Positions 39,877 to 48,839 of a stretch of DNA of 64,000 bases are shown here, piece by piece. Every line of letters starts with the position of its first letter. Within the stretch, counting starts at the first letter, position 1. The notes under the pieces were generated by a model. That model was not told where the DNA came from. It did no database searches and saw nothing but the letters and a program-made list of their open reading frames with translations. A program made the translations under genes and the position numbers. Source of the DNA: a virus; IMG/VR virus record IMGVR_UViG_3300047369_000650, positions 96,001 through 160,000 of that record; one strand, 5' to 3'.

Positions 39877-40293
39877 ATGAATGAAGTCAATAATGAGTTA
39901 GTGAAATGGACCCCAGAAACTATGTTAGAAGTTTCTCTTAATGAACCTGATGATTTTTTAAAGGTTAGAGAAACACTTACACGCATCGGCGTTGCATCTC
40001 GAAAAGAAAAGAAATTATTTCAGTCTTGCCATATATTACATAAGCAAGGCAGATATTTTATAGTTCATTTTAAAGAACTGTTTTTATTAGATGGTAAAAA
40101 ATCTAATTTAGAAGAAGGCGATGTTGCTCGTAGAAATACAATCGCCACTCTTATGTCTGATTGGGGCTTGGTTACAATCCAAGATGAAAGTAAAGCGCAG
40201 CCTTTATCACCCTTAAGACAAATTAAAATCATTCCGTTTAAAGATAAACAGGAATGGGAACTATGTCCAAAATATAATATTGGACGTAAATAG
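39877..40293 (+). CDS. regA: translational repressor RegA
   Basis: DDFLKVRETLTRIGVAS, QSCHILHKQGRYFIVHFKELF, PKYNIG. Confidence 0.96.
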   Translation: MNEVNNELVKWTPETMLEVSLNEPDDFLKVRETLTRIGVASRKEKKLFQSCHILHKQGRYFIVHFKELFLLDGKKSNLEEGDVARRNTIATLMSDWGLVTIQDESKAQPLSPLRQIKIIPFKDKQEWELCPKYNIGRK

Positions 40294-40328
40294 AATAGCA
40301 GCTATTCACTAGAGTAATAGCTCATCAT

Positions 40329-40396
40329 TATAAATAATAGTGGATGCAGTTTTACTGGTCCACTATTAATTCTTGCTTGACAAAAAGGAGAAAACA
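40329..40396 (+). promoter_or_regulatory. late promoter plus structured hsp20 leader (ROSE-like thermometer candidate)
   Basis: TATAAATA 40329-40336; hairpin AATAGTGGA/TCCACTATT; CTTGCTT can pair with the AAGGAG SD with a bulged G. Confidence 0.55.
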
Positions 40397-40867
40397 ATGA
40401 CAGGCATACAAACACTTTTTCCACGTTCATCTTTTGTTGGCTTTGACCATCTGTTTAACGAGTTAGAATATACAGCTAAACATTCAAAAGATCATTATCC
40501 TCCACATAATATTATTAAAACTGATGAGAATGATTATCTTATTGAACTTGCTGTTGCGGGATTTTCTAAAGATGAACTATCTGTTGAGGTTAAAGATAGA
40601 ACTTTAACGGTAGTGGGAGAACACGTCTCAAGGGGTCGTGAGTTTATTCACCGTGGAATTTCCACAAAGAAATTTAAACGCACATTCCGGCTGTCTGAGC
40701 ACGTACAAGTGCACGGAGCAGATATTCAAGACGGCATACTTGCAATCGAACTGAAGTATGTTGTCCCAGAAAATCAGCGTCCTCGTAAAATCAATATTGG
40801 TAAAAACGAGGAAAACAATGACACAAGCAATACTAACAGCCCACAGTTACTCAACGAGGGCAATTGA
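40397..40867 (+). CDS. small heat shock protein Hsp20 (IbpA-like)
   Basis: YPPHNIIK, IELAVAGF, HRGISTKKF.R.F.L, DGIL.I.L. Confidence 0.93.
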   Translation: MTGIQTLFPRSSFVGFDHLFNELEYTAKHSKDHYPPHNIIKTDENDYLIELAVAGFSKDELSVEVKDRTLTVVGEHVSRGREFIHRGISTKKFKRTFRLSEHVQVHGADIQDGILAIELKYVVPENQRPRKINIGKNEENNDTSNTNSPQLLNEGN

Positions 40868-41072
40868 ATCCATTATAGAAGCGTTTAGAACTTTTAAACA
40901 TCATCGTTCAGAACGTAAAGTTATTAAAGCAACAGAAAGAGAATTAGGCAAATTATCGGATTATGATTTAGCAGATATTGGTCTTACACGTGGTGACATT
41001 TATACTGTTGCCCGCCGTAAATCAACTATCGAAAACGCTAGAACTAATAACAATCTAAGAGGTTGGGTCTAA
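40818..41072 (+). CDS. DUF1127 (YjiS-like) small protein
   Basis: RELGKLSDYDLADIGLTRGDI; GAGG RBS inside hsp20; ATG 40818. Confidence 0.85.
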   Translation: MTQAILTAHSYSTRAIESIIEAFRTFKHHRSERKVIKATERELGKLSDYDLADIGLTRGDIYTVARRKSTIENARTNNNLRGWV

Positions 41073-41248
41073 TGACAGCTTTAGTAGCAAACTATGTCTT
41101 CTCACCCTTGTCGGGTTTGTGGTCTTCATTCGATCGGTTTACGCAGACGATTGGATACTCCAGAGCGGCAGCGGAGCTCGCAAGAATGGGGCTTCACGAG
41201 GAGTCTCGGAAGTGCATGATGGAAATACAAAAATTACATGATAATTAG
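41072..41248 (+). CDS. hypothetical protein
   Basis: TAATG-coupled; GYSRAAAELARMG. Confidence 0.65.
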   Translation: MTALVANYVFSPLSGLWSSFDRFTQTIGYSRAAAELARMGLHEESRKCMMEIQKLHDN

Positions 41249-41255
41249 TAATCCA

Positions 41256-41290
41256 TATAAATAAGCACAGAGGGCGGGAGATCGCCCTCT
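41256..41290 (+). promoter_or_regulatory. late promoter followed by leader hairpin
   Basis: TATAAATA 41256-41263; AGAGGGCG-ggagat-CGCCCTCT. Confidence 0.65.
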
Positions 41291-41324
41291 TAGTCACACA
41301 CAACACACAAAATAGGAGATGTAA

Positions 41325-41525
41325 ATGATTTTTACATACAAACAATTTATGGACCATAATAAAACTTTCTATGAAGAAATGGTCGACTTAAAAGTAGCCG
41401 GATGGGATACTTTTAGCAAAGCAGCAAATGCTTACACTTTTAACTTTTATAAAGATCAACTTAAAGCTATGGACGAAGCTGTTCATAAGCTTGCAACAGA
41501 TATGAAGGGTTACGTCAATGACTAA
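41325..41525 (+). CDS. hypothetical protein
   Basis: AGGAG RBS, 66 aa. Confidence 0.7.
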   Translation: MIFTYKQFMDHNKTFYEEMVDLKVAGWDTFSKAANAYTFNFYKDQLKAMDEAVHKLATDMKGYVND

Positions 41526-41739
41526 TAAGAACCCATTTGAAATTAGAGCAGACATGCTCAAACTAGCAAAAGATTACATGGATCAGCAGTATAGTATGAA
41601 TGTACAGCTGATGAATGATATGTACGAACAAGGCAAGAAAAACTACGAAGAAGTACAAGAAGCATATAAAATGTATTCTATGGATGATTTAATGAATAAA
41701 GCAAAAGAAATGTATTCTTTTGTATCAGATAAAAAATAG
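41518..41739 (+). CDS. conserved phage hypothetical protein
   Basis: NPFEIRADMLKLAKDY...AKEMYSFVS. Confidence 0.75.
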   Translation: MTNKNPFEIRADMLKLAKDYMDQQYSMNVQLMNDMYEQGKKNYEEVQEAYKMYSMDDLMNKAKEMYSFVSDKK

Positions 41740-41747
41740 GGAAAAAT

Positions 41748-42803
41748 ATGAAAAAATTTTTAGTTTTTATTACTGCAGCCATGATGGCTACTACTGTCTT
41801 TGCGGCAGATAAAGTAAAAGTCGGATTTATTTATGTTGGACCAACCGGGGATCATGGTTGGACATATAGACATGATATCGGTCGTCAACAGGTAGAAAAC
41901 GAATTTGGTGACCGTGTTGAAACCACATTTGTTGAAAGTGTTCCAGAAGGAGCTGATGCTGAACGTGTATTAACACAAATGGCAATGCAAGGAGCTGACA
42001 TTATCTTTGCTACATCTTTCGGTTATATGGATCCAGTAATGAACGTGGCTGAAAAATTTCCAGATGTAAAATTTGAACACGCAACTGGTTATAAAATGTC
42101 CGATAATGTTGCTAACTACGGATTACGTTTATATCAAGCTAGGCATGTTCAAGGCGTTATTGCAGGTATGATGACAAAAACCAATAAGATTTGTTATGTC
42201 GCCTCGTTCCCAATTCCAGAAGTTATGCGTGAAATTAATACATATTATTTAGGTGCAAAGAAGTATAATCCTGATGTAGAGATTGCTATTACATGGGTAT
42301 ACACGTGGTATGATCCAGGTAAAGAAAAAGATGCTGCAGTAGCTATGATTCAACAGGGTTGTGATGTATTAGCACAGCATACGGATTCCCCCGCGCCTTT
42401 ACAGGCAGCACAAGAAGCCGGTATTGTAGGATTTGGCCAAGCATCAGATCAAGCTAAGTTTGCGCCAAAAGCACAGTTGACGGCATCTATTGATAACTGG
42501 GGCCCATATTATATCGCTAAAGTAGGTCAAGTACTTGATGGTACATGGACATCAGGTGATTATTTTGGTACTATGGACGAAGGTGCAGTTCAAATGGCAC
42601 CGTTTGCAAATATGCCACCTATGATAGCTGAAGAAGCTCAACGTATTAAGAATGCTATTTCTAGCGGAGAACTTCATGGTTTCACTGGTCCGATTAATAA
42701 GCAAGATGGAACACCATTCTTAGCAGAAGGTGAAGTTGCAACTCGTGCTCAACTAGATACAATGATGTTCTATGTTGAAGGTATTGACGCAAAGATGCCT
42801 TAA
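41748..42803 (+). CDS. BMP-family (PnrA-like) periplasmic ABC substrate-binding protein
   Basis: Signal peptide; KVGFIYVGP.GDHGWTY.H, IFATSFGYMD, FEHATGYK, WYDPGKE, QHTDSPAP. Confidence 0.92.
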   Translation: MKKFLVFITAAMMATTVFAADKVKVGFIYVGPTGDHGWTYRHDIGRQQVENEFGDRVETTFVESVPEGADAERVLTQMAMQGADIIFATSFGYMDPVMNVAEKFPDVKFEHATGYKMSDNVANYGLRLYQARHVQGVIAGMMTKTNKICYVASFPIPEVMREINTYYLGAKKYNPDVEIAITWVYTWYDPGKEKDAAVAMIQQGCDVLAQHTDSPAPLQAAQEAGIVGFGQASDQAKFAPKAQLTASIDNWGPYYIAKVGQVLDGTWTSGDYFGTMDEGAVQMAPFANMPPMIAEEAQRIKNAISSGELHGFTGPINKQDGTPFLAEGEVATRAQLDTMMFYVEGIDAKMP

Positions 42804-42882
42804 TCGGTGCCCGATTGGATAATACTAGCAGGGCTATCTCTAACTTTGACGGCCCTGTTTCTCATTTTTGATAGGAAAAACG

Positions 42883-43173
42883 ATGATTAGTTTTATTTAC
42901 AGTAGTTGGAATGTGGTGATGGATCACAATCTCAATCCATTAAGTAATATTCCGGATTTAAATACACGACATATGATTATGCAAGTATTAGCATGGATGT
43001 GGTGTATTGTATTTGGTATTCTTGTAGGAAGTATGTGGGCAGGTCTTTATAGTATGATAGCACATTCATTGTTGTTAGGTGCTATTGCTATTACTGTGGC
43101 TACATTTGAAATGGCCAAACGTAAGCCATACGGTTTTTACAGCGGCAGGGGTCCTGGTGGCGAGCACGAATAA
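42883..43173 (+). CDS. hypothetical membrane protein
   Basis: WNVVMDHNLNPLSNIPD..RHMIMQVLAWMWCIVF; two hydrophobic helices. Confidence 0.75.
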   Translation: MISFIYSSWNVVMDHNLNPLSNIPDLNTRHMIMQVLAWMWCIVFGILVGSMWAGLYSMIAHSLLLGAIAITVATFEMAKRKPYGFYSGRGPGGEHE

Positions 43174-43181
43174 TAACTCAT

Positions 43182-43361
43182 ATGCATATAATAAGAAATA
43201 AAGAAGGCGATATTATTGCACTATCTTCAAAAAAGGAAGATGCTATTAATATTGCCGATAAAAAAATGGATAAAGCTGATTATATTTTGGAAGAAATATT
43301 AGACAGCATACAACTTAGAGAAATTTACAGAGTTTATTACGGAAAAATAAATAATGACTGA
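43182..43361 (+). CDS. 59-aa hypothetical protein (not in ORF track)
   Basis: MHIIRNKEGDIIALSSKKEDAINIAD...; stop overlaps the next start. Confidence 0.6.
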   Translation: MHIIRNKEGDIIALSSKKEDAINIADKKMDKADYILEEILDSIQLREIYRVYYGKINND

Positions 43362-43560
43362 TGAAGAAGTAAGAGCTGCAGCTCAGAAAGAAGCGGAAAA
43401 AACATTTGCTGATTTTATGCTTTGGAGTAAAAGAACCACATATGCTGCAATTGCAATGCTTTTAATTGTAGCATCATGTAACTTTGGGGTAGAGGACGAC
43501 ACCTATCCTGCCTATAACGGCGAACAATATAATCCGTCCAATCTTAATGTAAAGAAATAA
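43354..43560 (+). CDS. aa3-type cytochrome c oxidase subunit IV-like protein
   Basis: EAEKTFADFMLWSKRTTYAAIAMLLIVASCN resembles the alphaproteobacterial CtaH/COX4_pro_2 pattern (E.TF..F..W + TM + N). Confidence 0.6.
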   Translation: MTDEEVRAAAQKEAEKTFADFMLWSKRTTYAAIAMLLIVASCNFGVEDDTYPAYNGEQYNPSNLNVKK

Positions 43561-43574
43561 AGATAGGAAAATCT

Positions 43575-43991
43575 ATGAAGAATCTAATTATAGCAAGTAT
43601 TATGGCACTTCTCACTACTTCAGTATTTGCTGAAGATATAACAATTGAAATGTTAAATAAACGTGAAGATGGCGCTAAGATGGTATATTCTCAAGACATT
43701 GCACGTATTGATGTAGGAGATACAATTACTTGGGTACCGACACAAAAAGGACATAATGTAGAATTTATTGCAGGTCCTGATGGATGGAAAGCGCCAAAAA
43801 AATCAAAACTTAGCAAAGAAGTTTCTATTACTTTTGACACACCAGGAGTGTATCTATATCAATGTTCACCACATAAAACAATGGGTATGATTGCTATTGT
43901 GGTAGTAGGCGATGGAGACAATGATATCTCAAAGGCTAAAGTAAAAGGTAAGTCAAAAAAAGTATTTAAGGCTTTATTGGCTGAACTATAA
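43575..43991 (+). CDS. pseudoazurin (type-1 blue copper protein)
   Basis: Signal peptide; MLNK...MVY, GHNVE, GVYLYQCSPHKTMGM (His, Cys, His, Met ligands). Confidence 0.92.
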   Translation: MKNLIIASIMALLTTSVFAEDITIEMLNKREDGAKMVYSQDIARIDVGDTITWVPTQKGHNVEFIAGPDGWKAPKKSKLSKEVSITFDTPGVYLYQCSPHKTMGMIAIVVVGDGDNDISKAKVKGKSKKVFKALLAEL

Positions 43992-44398
43992 TGATTAAAA
44001 AACTAGTTAACAAAATCCCAGAGTTTTGTATGACTCATTGGTTACTTAGAATACCTCTTATTGTTGTATTTTTGCAGCAAGGGCTTTCTAAGTGGCCTAT
44101 TGATGTAAATGATTCTCCAGTAGAATTAACACTATTAGTTTGGACATTCGTTGTACTAGGCGAGCTAGGTGGTGCCATCGGTCTTATTGTTGGTGGTATA
44201 TTAGATTATATTAAAAAACTAAAAGAGTTTGGTGATATTATTACACGTTTCTCCGGTATTACTATGGCAAGTATTATGACTGGAGTTATTTGGACTGGAG
44301 AACCCGAAAGCTTTACTGATGTGTTATTATATGATAATCTTCATGTATTACTATGGGTAGGCTGTATGTACTTTGCCCTTAGAGGTAATCGTTCGTGA
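43991..44398 (+). CDS. DoxX-family membrane protein
   Basis: WLLRIPL..FLQQGLSK, GELGGAIGLIVG, TRFSG. Confidence 0.75.
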   Translation: MIKKLVNKIPEFCMTHWLLRIPLIVVFLQQGLSKWPIDVNDSPVELTLLVWTFVVLGELGGAIGLIVGGILDYIKKLKEFGDIITRFSGITMASIMTGVIWTGEPESFTDVLLYDNLHVLLWVGCMYFALRGNRS

Positions 44399-44660
44399 AT
44401 CCACAAAAGCGTACTGTTTACATTATGCTATGGACTTGTGTTATATTTCACTTTGTGATTATACCTATCTGGATGTGGAGTCTAGGGTTATAGTAAGATA
44501 TAAAAGATTTATTAAATGGTACCGTGTTCTTAGAAAAGACGGTAATACCATGGGCGTATGTAATGTAGGTCCATGGTATAGTCGTTATAGTAAGCTCAAT
44601 TGTATATGCTGGGCTTGGGCTAATTCTGGTACGCACACTATAGATGGTAAAAATTTATAG
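44373..44660 (+). CDS. hypothetical protein (true start probably near 44475-44499)
   Basis: Only the C-terminal half (FIKWYRVLRK...WAWANSGTHT) looks protein-like; the 5' part overlaps other ORFs. Confidence 0.4.
   Translation: MPLEVIVRESTKAYCLHYAMDLCYISLCDYTYLDVESRVIVRYKRFIKWYRVLRKDGNTMGVCNVGPWYSRYSKLNCICWAWANSGTHTIDGKNL
44395..44493 (+). CDS. 32-aa single-TM peptide (not in ORF track)
   Basis: GTGA overlap with DoxX stop; MNPQKRTVYIMLWTCVIFHFVIIPIWMWSLGL. Confidence 0.5.
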   Translation: MNPQKRTVYIMLWTCVIFHFVIIPIWMWSLGL

Positions 44661-44689
44661 TTTACAAACATCTCATAATATGTTATAAT
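44661..44689 (+). promoter_or_regulatory. sigma70-type promoter of gp43
   Basis: TTTACA-17nt-TATAAT. Confidence 0.8.
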
Positions 44690-44712
44690 AATTCCAACTG
44701 GAGGTTATTAAT

Positions 44713-47295
44713 TTGAATTCATTCTACACTTCTGTGAACCGTTATGGTAATTCTATTCTTTATCGTGGATATTCCCCTAATGGTTCGCCAATTAATCAAC
44801 GTTATAAATTTAAACCAAAATTCTGGGTAGCATCTAAGGATCCAACAGAGATAAAATCCTTTGATGGTGGCAACATAAGCCCTATAGAATTTGAAAATAT
44901 GCGTGAAGCTAAAGAGTTTCTTGAACAATATTCAGAAATGGATGGCGTAAAGATATATGGCACACGTAATTATATACATCAGTTTATTACAGATAAGTTT
45001 CCTGATGATATTAAATTTAATCCGAGTAGTATAAATGTAGTAAACTTTGATATAGAGGTTGCCTCAGATGATGGGTTTCCAACTCCAGATGCTGCAGCAT
45101 ATCCAATTATATCTATTGCTCTTAAATCCAGTAAATCTTCGATATATCAAGTGTGGGGTTTAGATGACTATGATCCATCTAAAACAGAAATCAATTTAGA
45201 TGGTGGTCAGATACAGTATCATCAGTTTGACTCTGAACCAGCAATGATGGCTTCGTTTCTAACTTACTGGACTAAAAATTATCCTGATATTATTACTGGC
45301 TGGAATACTAGATTCTTTGATGTTCCTTATCTTGTTAATCGTATTAAAATTATTGGTACGGAAGAAGCCGCTAACAAGTTATCTCCATGGAAACTTGTTA
45401 ATGAAAGAAATACTACAATCATGGGTCGACCTCAGGTTAACCATGAGATTGTTGGTATTCAACAAGCAGATTATCTTGAACTATTTAAAAAGTTTGGATA
45501 TTCATATGGAACACAAGAATCATATAAACTAGATCATGTGGCCCATACTGTTCTTGGAGAAAAGAAACTTTCCTATGAAGAACATGGTAATCTCTATACA
45601 TTATACAAACAAGATCATCAGAAGTTTATTGACTATAATATCAGAGATGTTCAGCTAATTGATAAGATGGATGCTAAGATGGGTCTTATTAACTTAGCAA
45701 TGACTATGGCATATAGAGCAGGTACTAATCTTTCCGAGACATTTGGTACAACATCTATCTGGGAATCAATTCTCTATCGTAGATTACTCTCAAAGAATAT
45801 TGTGTCACCAGTAGAGCAGATTCAGAGAGTTGCTTATGAAAATAATTCTAATCCAAATATTATCGAGGGTGGCTATGTAAAAGATCCTCAAGTTGGTGCA
45901 CACGACTGGGTAGTATCATTTGATTTAAATTCTCTGTATCCAAATATTATTGTTCAGTCTAACATATCTCCAGAGACTATTATTCGTAACAAAACATGGA
46001 GAACATTTCAGCAAGGTGTTGATCACTATTTAAACGGAACAGATAAAGCTGATAGTGAATATTCTATCTGCGCAAGTGGAGTGCCTTTCTCGAGAGAAAA
46101 GCAAGGGGTAATTCCAGAACTCATTGTTGATTACTATTCAGAAAGAAGTGTTATCAAGAAAAAGATGTTGGATGCTAAGTCACAATATGAAAAGACAAAA
46201 TCATCATATCTTGAAGCAGAAATCAATCAGCTAGAAAATAACCAGATGTCAATTAAGATTTTACTTAATTCTCTTTATGGTGCTCTTGCAAATAAACATT
46301 TTAAATACTTTGATAATGCCCTAGCCGAGAGTGTAACACTTACTGGTCAGCTTTCTATTAAATGGGCAGAGCGTGCTATTAATCAAGAGATGAATAAAAT
46401 TCTTAAGACTGATGATTTTGATTATGTTATTGCTATTGATACAGATTCAGTTTATATTAATTTCGGTCCTCTTGTAACCAAATTAAAACCAAAAGATCCT
46501 GTAAAGGCTATTGACAAACTATGTCAAGATCATTTTGAAAAGATTATTGCTAAAGCATATGATGGTTTATATCATAGGCTTAATGGCTATACTCCACGCA
46601 TGGAAATGGGTAGAGAAGTTATTGCTGATCGTGGTATATGGACTGCAAAAAAACGCTATATACTTAACGTACACAATAACGAAGGTGTTCAATATGCAGA
46701 ACCTAAACTAAAAATGATGGGTATCGAGGCTATTAAATCATCAACTCCTGAAGTAGTCCGAGATAAGTTTAAAGAAATATTTAAGGTTATTATTACTAGT
46801 ACTGAAGCAGAAACTCGTAGATATATTAATGACTTTAAAGCAAAATTTAAATCTCTACCACCTGAAGCTGTTGCATTTCCACGTGGAGTTTCTGATATTA
46901 GTAAGTTTTCACATAAGAAGAATATCTATTGTAATTCTAATAATTCTAAACAATGGTCATCGGGTAGTCAGACAGCAACAATAAAAACAACGCCTATTCA
47001 TGTTCGTGGTGCTCTTTTGTATAATCATCATGTTAAAGATAAGGCGCTAGATAAGAAGTACATTATGATACAAAACGGAGAAAAGATTAAATTTACATAT
47101 ATGAAGCTTCCGAATCCTATTCGTGAAAATGTAATTTCTTTTCCGGATTACTTACCCGAAGAATTAAATCTGCATAAATATGTAGACTATGAGATGCAAT
47201 TTGAAAAAACTTTTATTGAACCGCTTAATCCTATTCTTGAAGCCGTTGGTTGGTCTGTCAAGGATGTGCAAACACTGGAGGACTTTTTTGGATGA
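44713..47295 (+). CDS. gp43: family B DNA polymerase gp43
   Basis: FDIEV exonuclease, SFDLNSLYP, KILLNSLYG, IDTDS; C-terminal TLEDFFG clamp motif; TTG start after GAGG. Confidence 0.98.
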   Translation: MNSFYTSVNRYGNSILYRGYSPNGSPINQRYKFKPKFWVASKDPTEIKSFDGGNISPIEFENMREAKEFLEQYSEMDGVKIYGTRNYIHQFITDKFPDDIKFNPSSINVVNFDIEVASDDGFPTPDAAAYPIISIALKSSKSSIYQVWGLDDYDPSKTEINLDGGQIQYHQFDSEPAMMASFLTYWTKNYPDIITGWNTRFFDVPYLVNRIKIIGTEEAANKLSPWKLVNERNTTIMGRPQVNHEIVGIQQADYLELFKKFGYSYGTQESYKLDHVAHTVLGEKKLSYEEHGNLYTLYKQDHQKFIDYNIRDVQLIDKMDAKMGLINLAMTMAYRAGTNLSETFGTTSIWESILYRRLLSKNIVSPVEQIQRVAYENNSNPNIIEGGYVKDPQVGAHDWVVSFDLNSLYPNIIVQSNISPETIIRNKTWRTFQQGVDHYLNGTDKADSEYSICASGVPFSREKQGVIPELIVDYYSERSVIKKKMLDAKSQYEKTKSSYLEAEINQLENNQMSIKILLNSLYGALANKHFKYFDNALAESVTLTGQLSIKWAERAINQEMNKILKTDDFDYVIAIDTDSVYINFGPLVTKLKPKDPVKAIDKLCQDHFEKIIAKAYDGLYHRLNGYTPRMEMGREVIADRGIWTAKKRYILNVHNNEGVQYAEPKLKMMGIEAIKSSTPEVVRDKFKEIFKVIITSTEAETRRYINDFKAKFKSLPPEAVAFPRGVSDISKFSHKKNIYCNSNNSKQWSSGSQTATIKTTPIHVRGALLYNHHVKDKALDKKYIMIQNGEKIKFTYMKLPNPIRENVISFPDYLPEELNLHKYVDYEMQFEKTFIEPLNPILEAVGWSVKDVQTLEDFFG

Positions 47296-48002
47296 ATTAT
47301 ATATTTGACGTAGACGGTACTTTAACACCAAGCCGTATGCGGATAGATAAAGAATTTAAGGAATTCTTTTTAGAATTTATAAAGAAAAATAATGTTTATC
47401 TTGCTACAGGATCAGATTATATAAAAACAGTAGAACAACTTGGAACAGAAATCTGTGAGAGTGTTACTAAGTGTTATAACTGTTGTGGTAACAGCGTTTG
47501 GCAAAACGGAGAAGAAATATTTAGATCCGATTGGACGCTGTCGCACGAATTAGATAAATGGTTAAAAAAAGAACTAAAGAAAAGTAAATTTGATATAAGA
47601 ACTGGTAATCATATTGAGCAAAGACCCGGCTTGGTAAATTTTAGCATTGTCGGTAGAAATGCCTCCTTTGAAGAAAGATTTATCTACACTCAATGGGATG
47701 AACAGGTAGAAGAAAGAAAAACAATTGCTAGAGAATTTAATCAACAGTTTGCATATTACAAAGCTCAAGTAGCAGGTGAGACAGGTCTTGATATTATGCC
47801 TATAGGATATGATAAAAGACAAATTGCCGATGATATTGAAGGTCCAATAATATTCTTTGGTGATAAAATGGCTCATGGTGGTAACGATTATCCATTAGCT
47901 GAAGTAATACAGTATAGAGAAAATTCTTGGAATTATGAAGTAAAGTCTTGGAAAGACACCCATAAAATATTAATTAGTTTATCATATAATGGTTTACAAT
48001 AA
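47292..48002 (+). CDS. HAD-IIB phosphomannomutase (PMM-like)
   Basis: FDVDGTLTP.R, ATGSD, IEQRPGLVNFSIVGRNA, FFGDKM..GGNDY. Confidence 0.85.
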   Translation: MNYIFDVDGTLTPSRMRIDKEFKEFFLEFIKKNNVYLATGSDYIKTVEQLGTEICESVTKCYNCCGNSVWQNGEEIFRSDWTLSHELDKWLKKELKKSKFDIRTGNHIEQRPGLVNFSIVGRNASFEERFIYTQWDEQVEERKTIAREFNQQFAYYKAQVAGETGLDIMPIGYDKRQIADDIEGPIIFFGDKMAHGGNDYPLAEVIQYRENSWNYEVKSWKDTHKILISLSYNGLQ

Positions 48003-48021
48003 GTAAAATATAGTGTATAAT
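47993..48021 (+). promoter_or_regulatory. sigma70-type promoter
   Basis: TTTACA-17nt-TATAAT. Confidence 0.75.
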
Positions 48022-48042
48022 AATACTATAGAGGAGAAAAAA

Positions 48043-48402
48043 ATGAAAGCTGGTAAAGTATGGGGAACAACTGAACTGATTGAAGCTAATGGCGCTTTAG
48101 AATTTCATCGTATTGAAATGGAAGAAGGTGGTGTATGCTCTAAGCACTTACATCGCTATAAGTGGAATGGTTTTTATGTAGAATCTGGAAAGATGCTTAT
48201 TCGTACATGGCAACGTGATTACGATTTAGTTGATGTTACTATTCTTGATGAAGGCGATTATCATAAAGTTAAACCTGGTCTTTATCATCAATTTGAGTGT
48301 CTTCAAGAAGGTGTGGCTTACGAGCTATATTGGGCAGAGTTTAATCATAATGATATTGAACGTGAAAGTGTAGGATATCATATGGATGATGTAGATGACT
48401 GA
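48043..48402 (+). CDS. cupin, sugar isomerase-like (mannose-6-P isomerase type II / D-lyxose isomerase-like)
   Basis: KVWG, SKHLH..K.NGFYVESG, VKPGLYHQF. Confidence 0.7.
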   Translation: MKAGKVWGTTELIEANGALEFHRIEMEEGGVCSKHLHRYKWNGFYVESGKMLIRTWQRDYDLVDVTILDEGDYHKVKPGLYHQFECLQEGVAYELYWAEFNHNDIERESVGYHMDDVDD

Positions 48403-48559
48403 TTCTTTTTCTGATGTAACAAGAGTAGAAGTTATTGATAATAATGGTCGATCATATACTAAAAATTGGGTAGATAGTGTAGAAATACAACTTCAAGATG
48501 ACGGAAAAACTCTTAAATTATTTGTACACTATGATGATGAGGAGATATCAGATGACTGA
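48395..48559 (+). CDS. 54-aa hypothetical phage protein (not in ORF track)
   Basis: VTRVEVIDNNGRSY...LQDDGKTLKLF; overlaps flanking stop/start. Confidence 0.7.
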   Translation: MTDSFSDVTRVEVIDNNGRSYTKNWVDSVEIQLQDDGKTLKLFVHYDDEEISDD

Positions 48560-48839
48560 GTATGTAGTATTAACAGCAATTCAACAATTTAGAACACGTT
48601 ATGTGGTTCCAGTAGAAGATATGGAAGACTGTGATCCTGAAACATTTATTAAAGATTCTGTTACTTTTGGCGAAGTAAAAGAGTTTAGCCAATTAGATTT
48701 AAAAGAAAATATAATCGATGTTCAAATATATGATGAGAATAATCTTTTAGATTTATTCGACAAAGATAATGATTATCTTTCTGGATGGACTAAAGAACAA
48801 AAAATAAAATGGATTAGAAATTGGGAAGAAGGTCTATGA
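48552..48839 (+). CDS. hypothetical protein
   Basis: GGAG RBS before ATG 48552; FRTRYVVP...EFSQ..L.E.I. Confidence 0.7.
   Translation: MTEYVVLTAIQQFRTRYVVPVEDMEDCDPETFIKDSVTFGEVKEFSQLDLKENIIDVQIYDENNLLDLFDKDNDYLSGWTKEQKIKWIRNWEEGL

Noticed and set aside
41325-41525. Phasin (PHA granule protein) call
   Set aside because: Only a generic amphipathic-helix resemblance, with no recognisable family motif.
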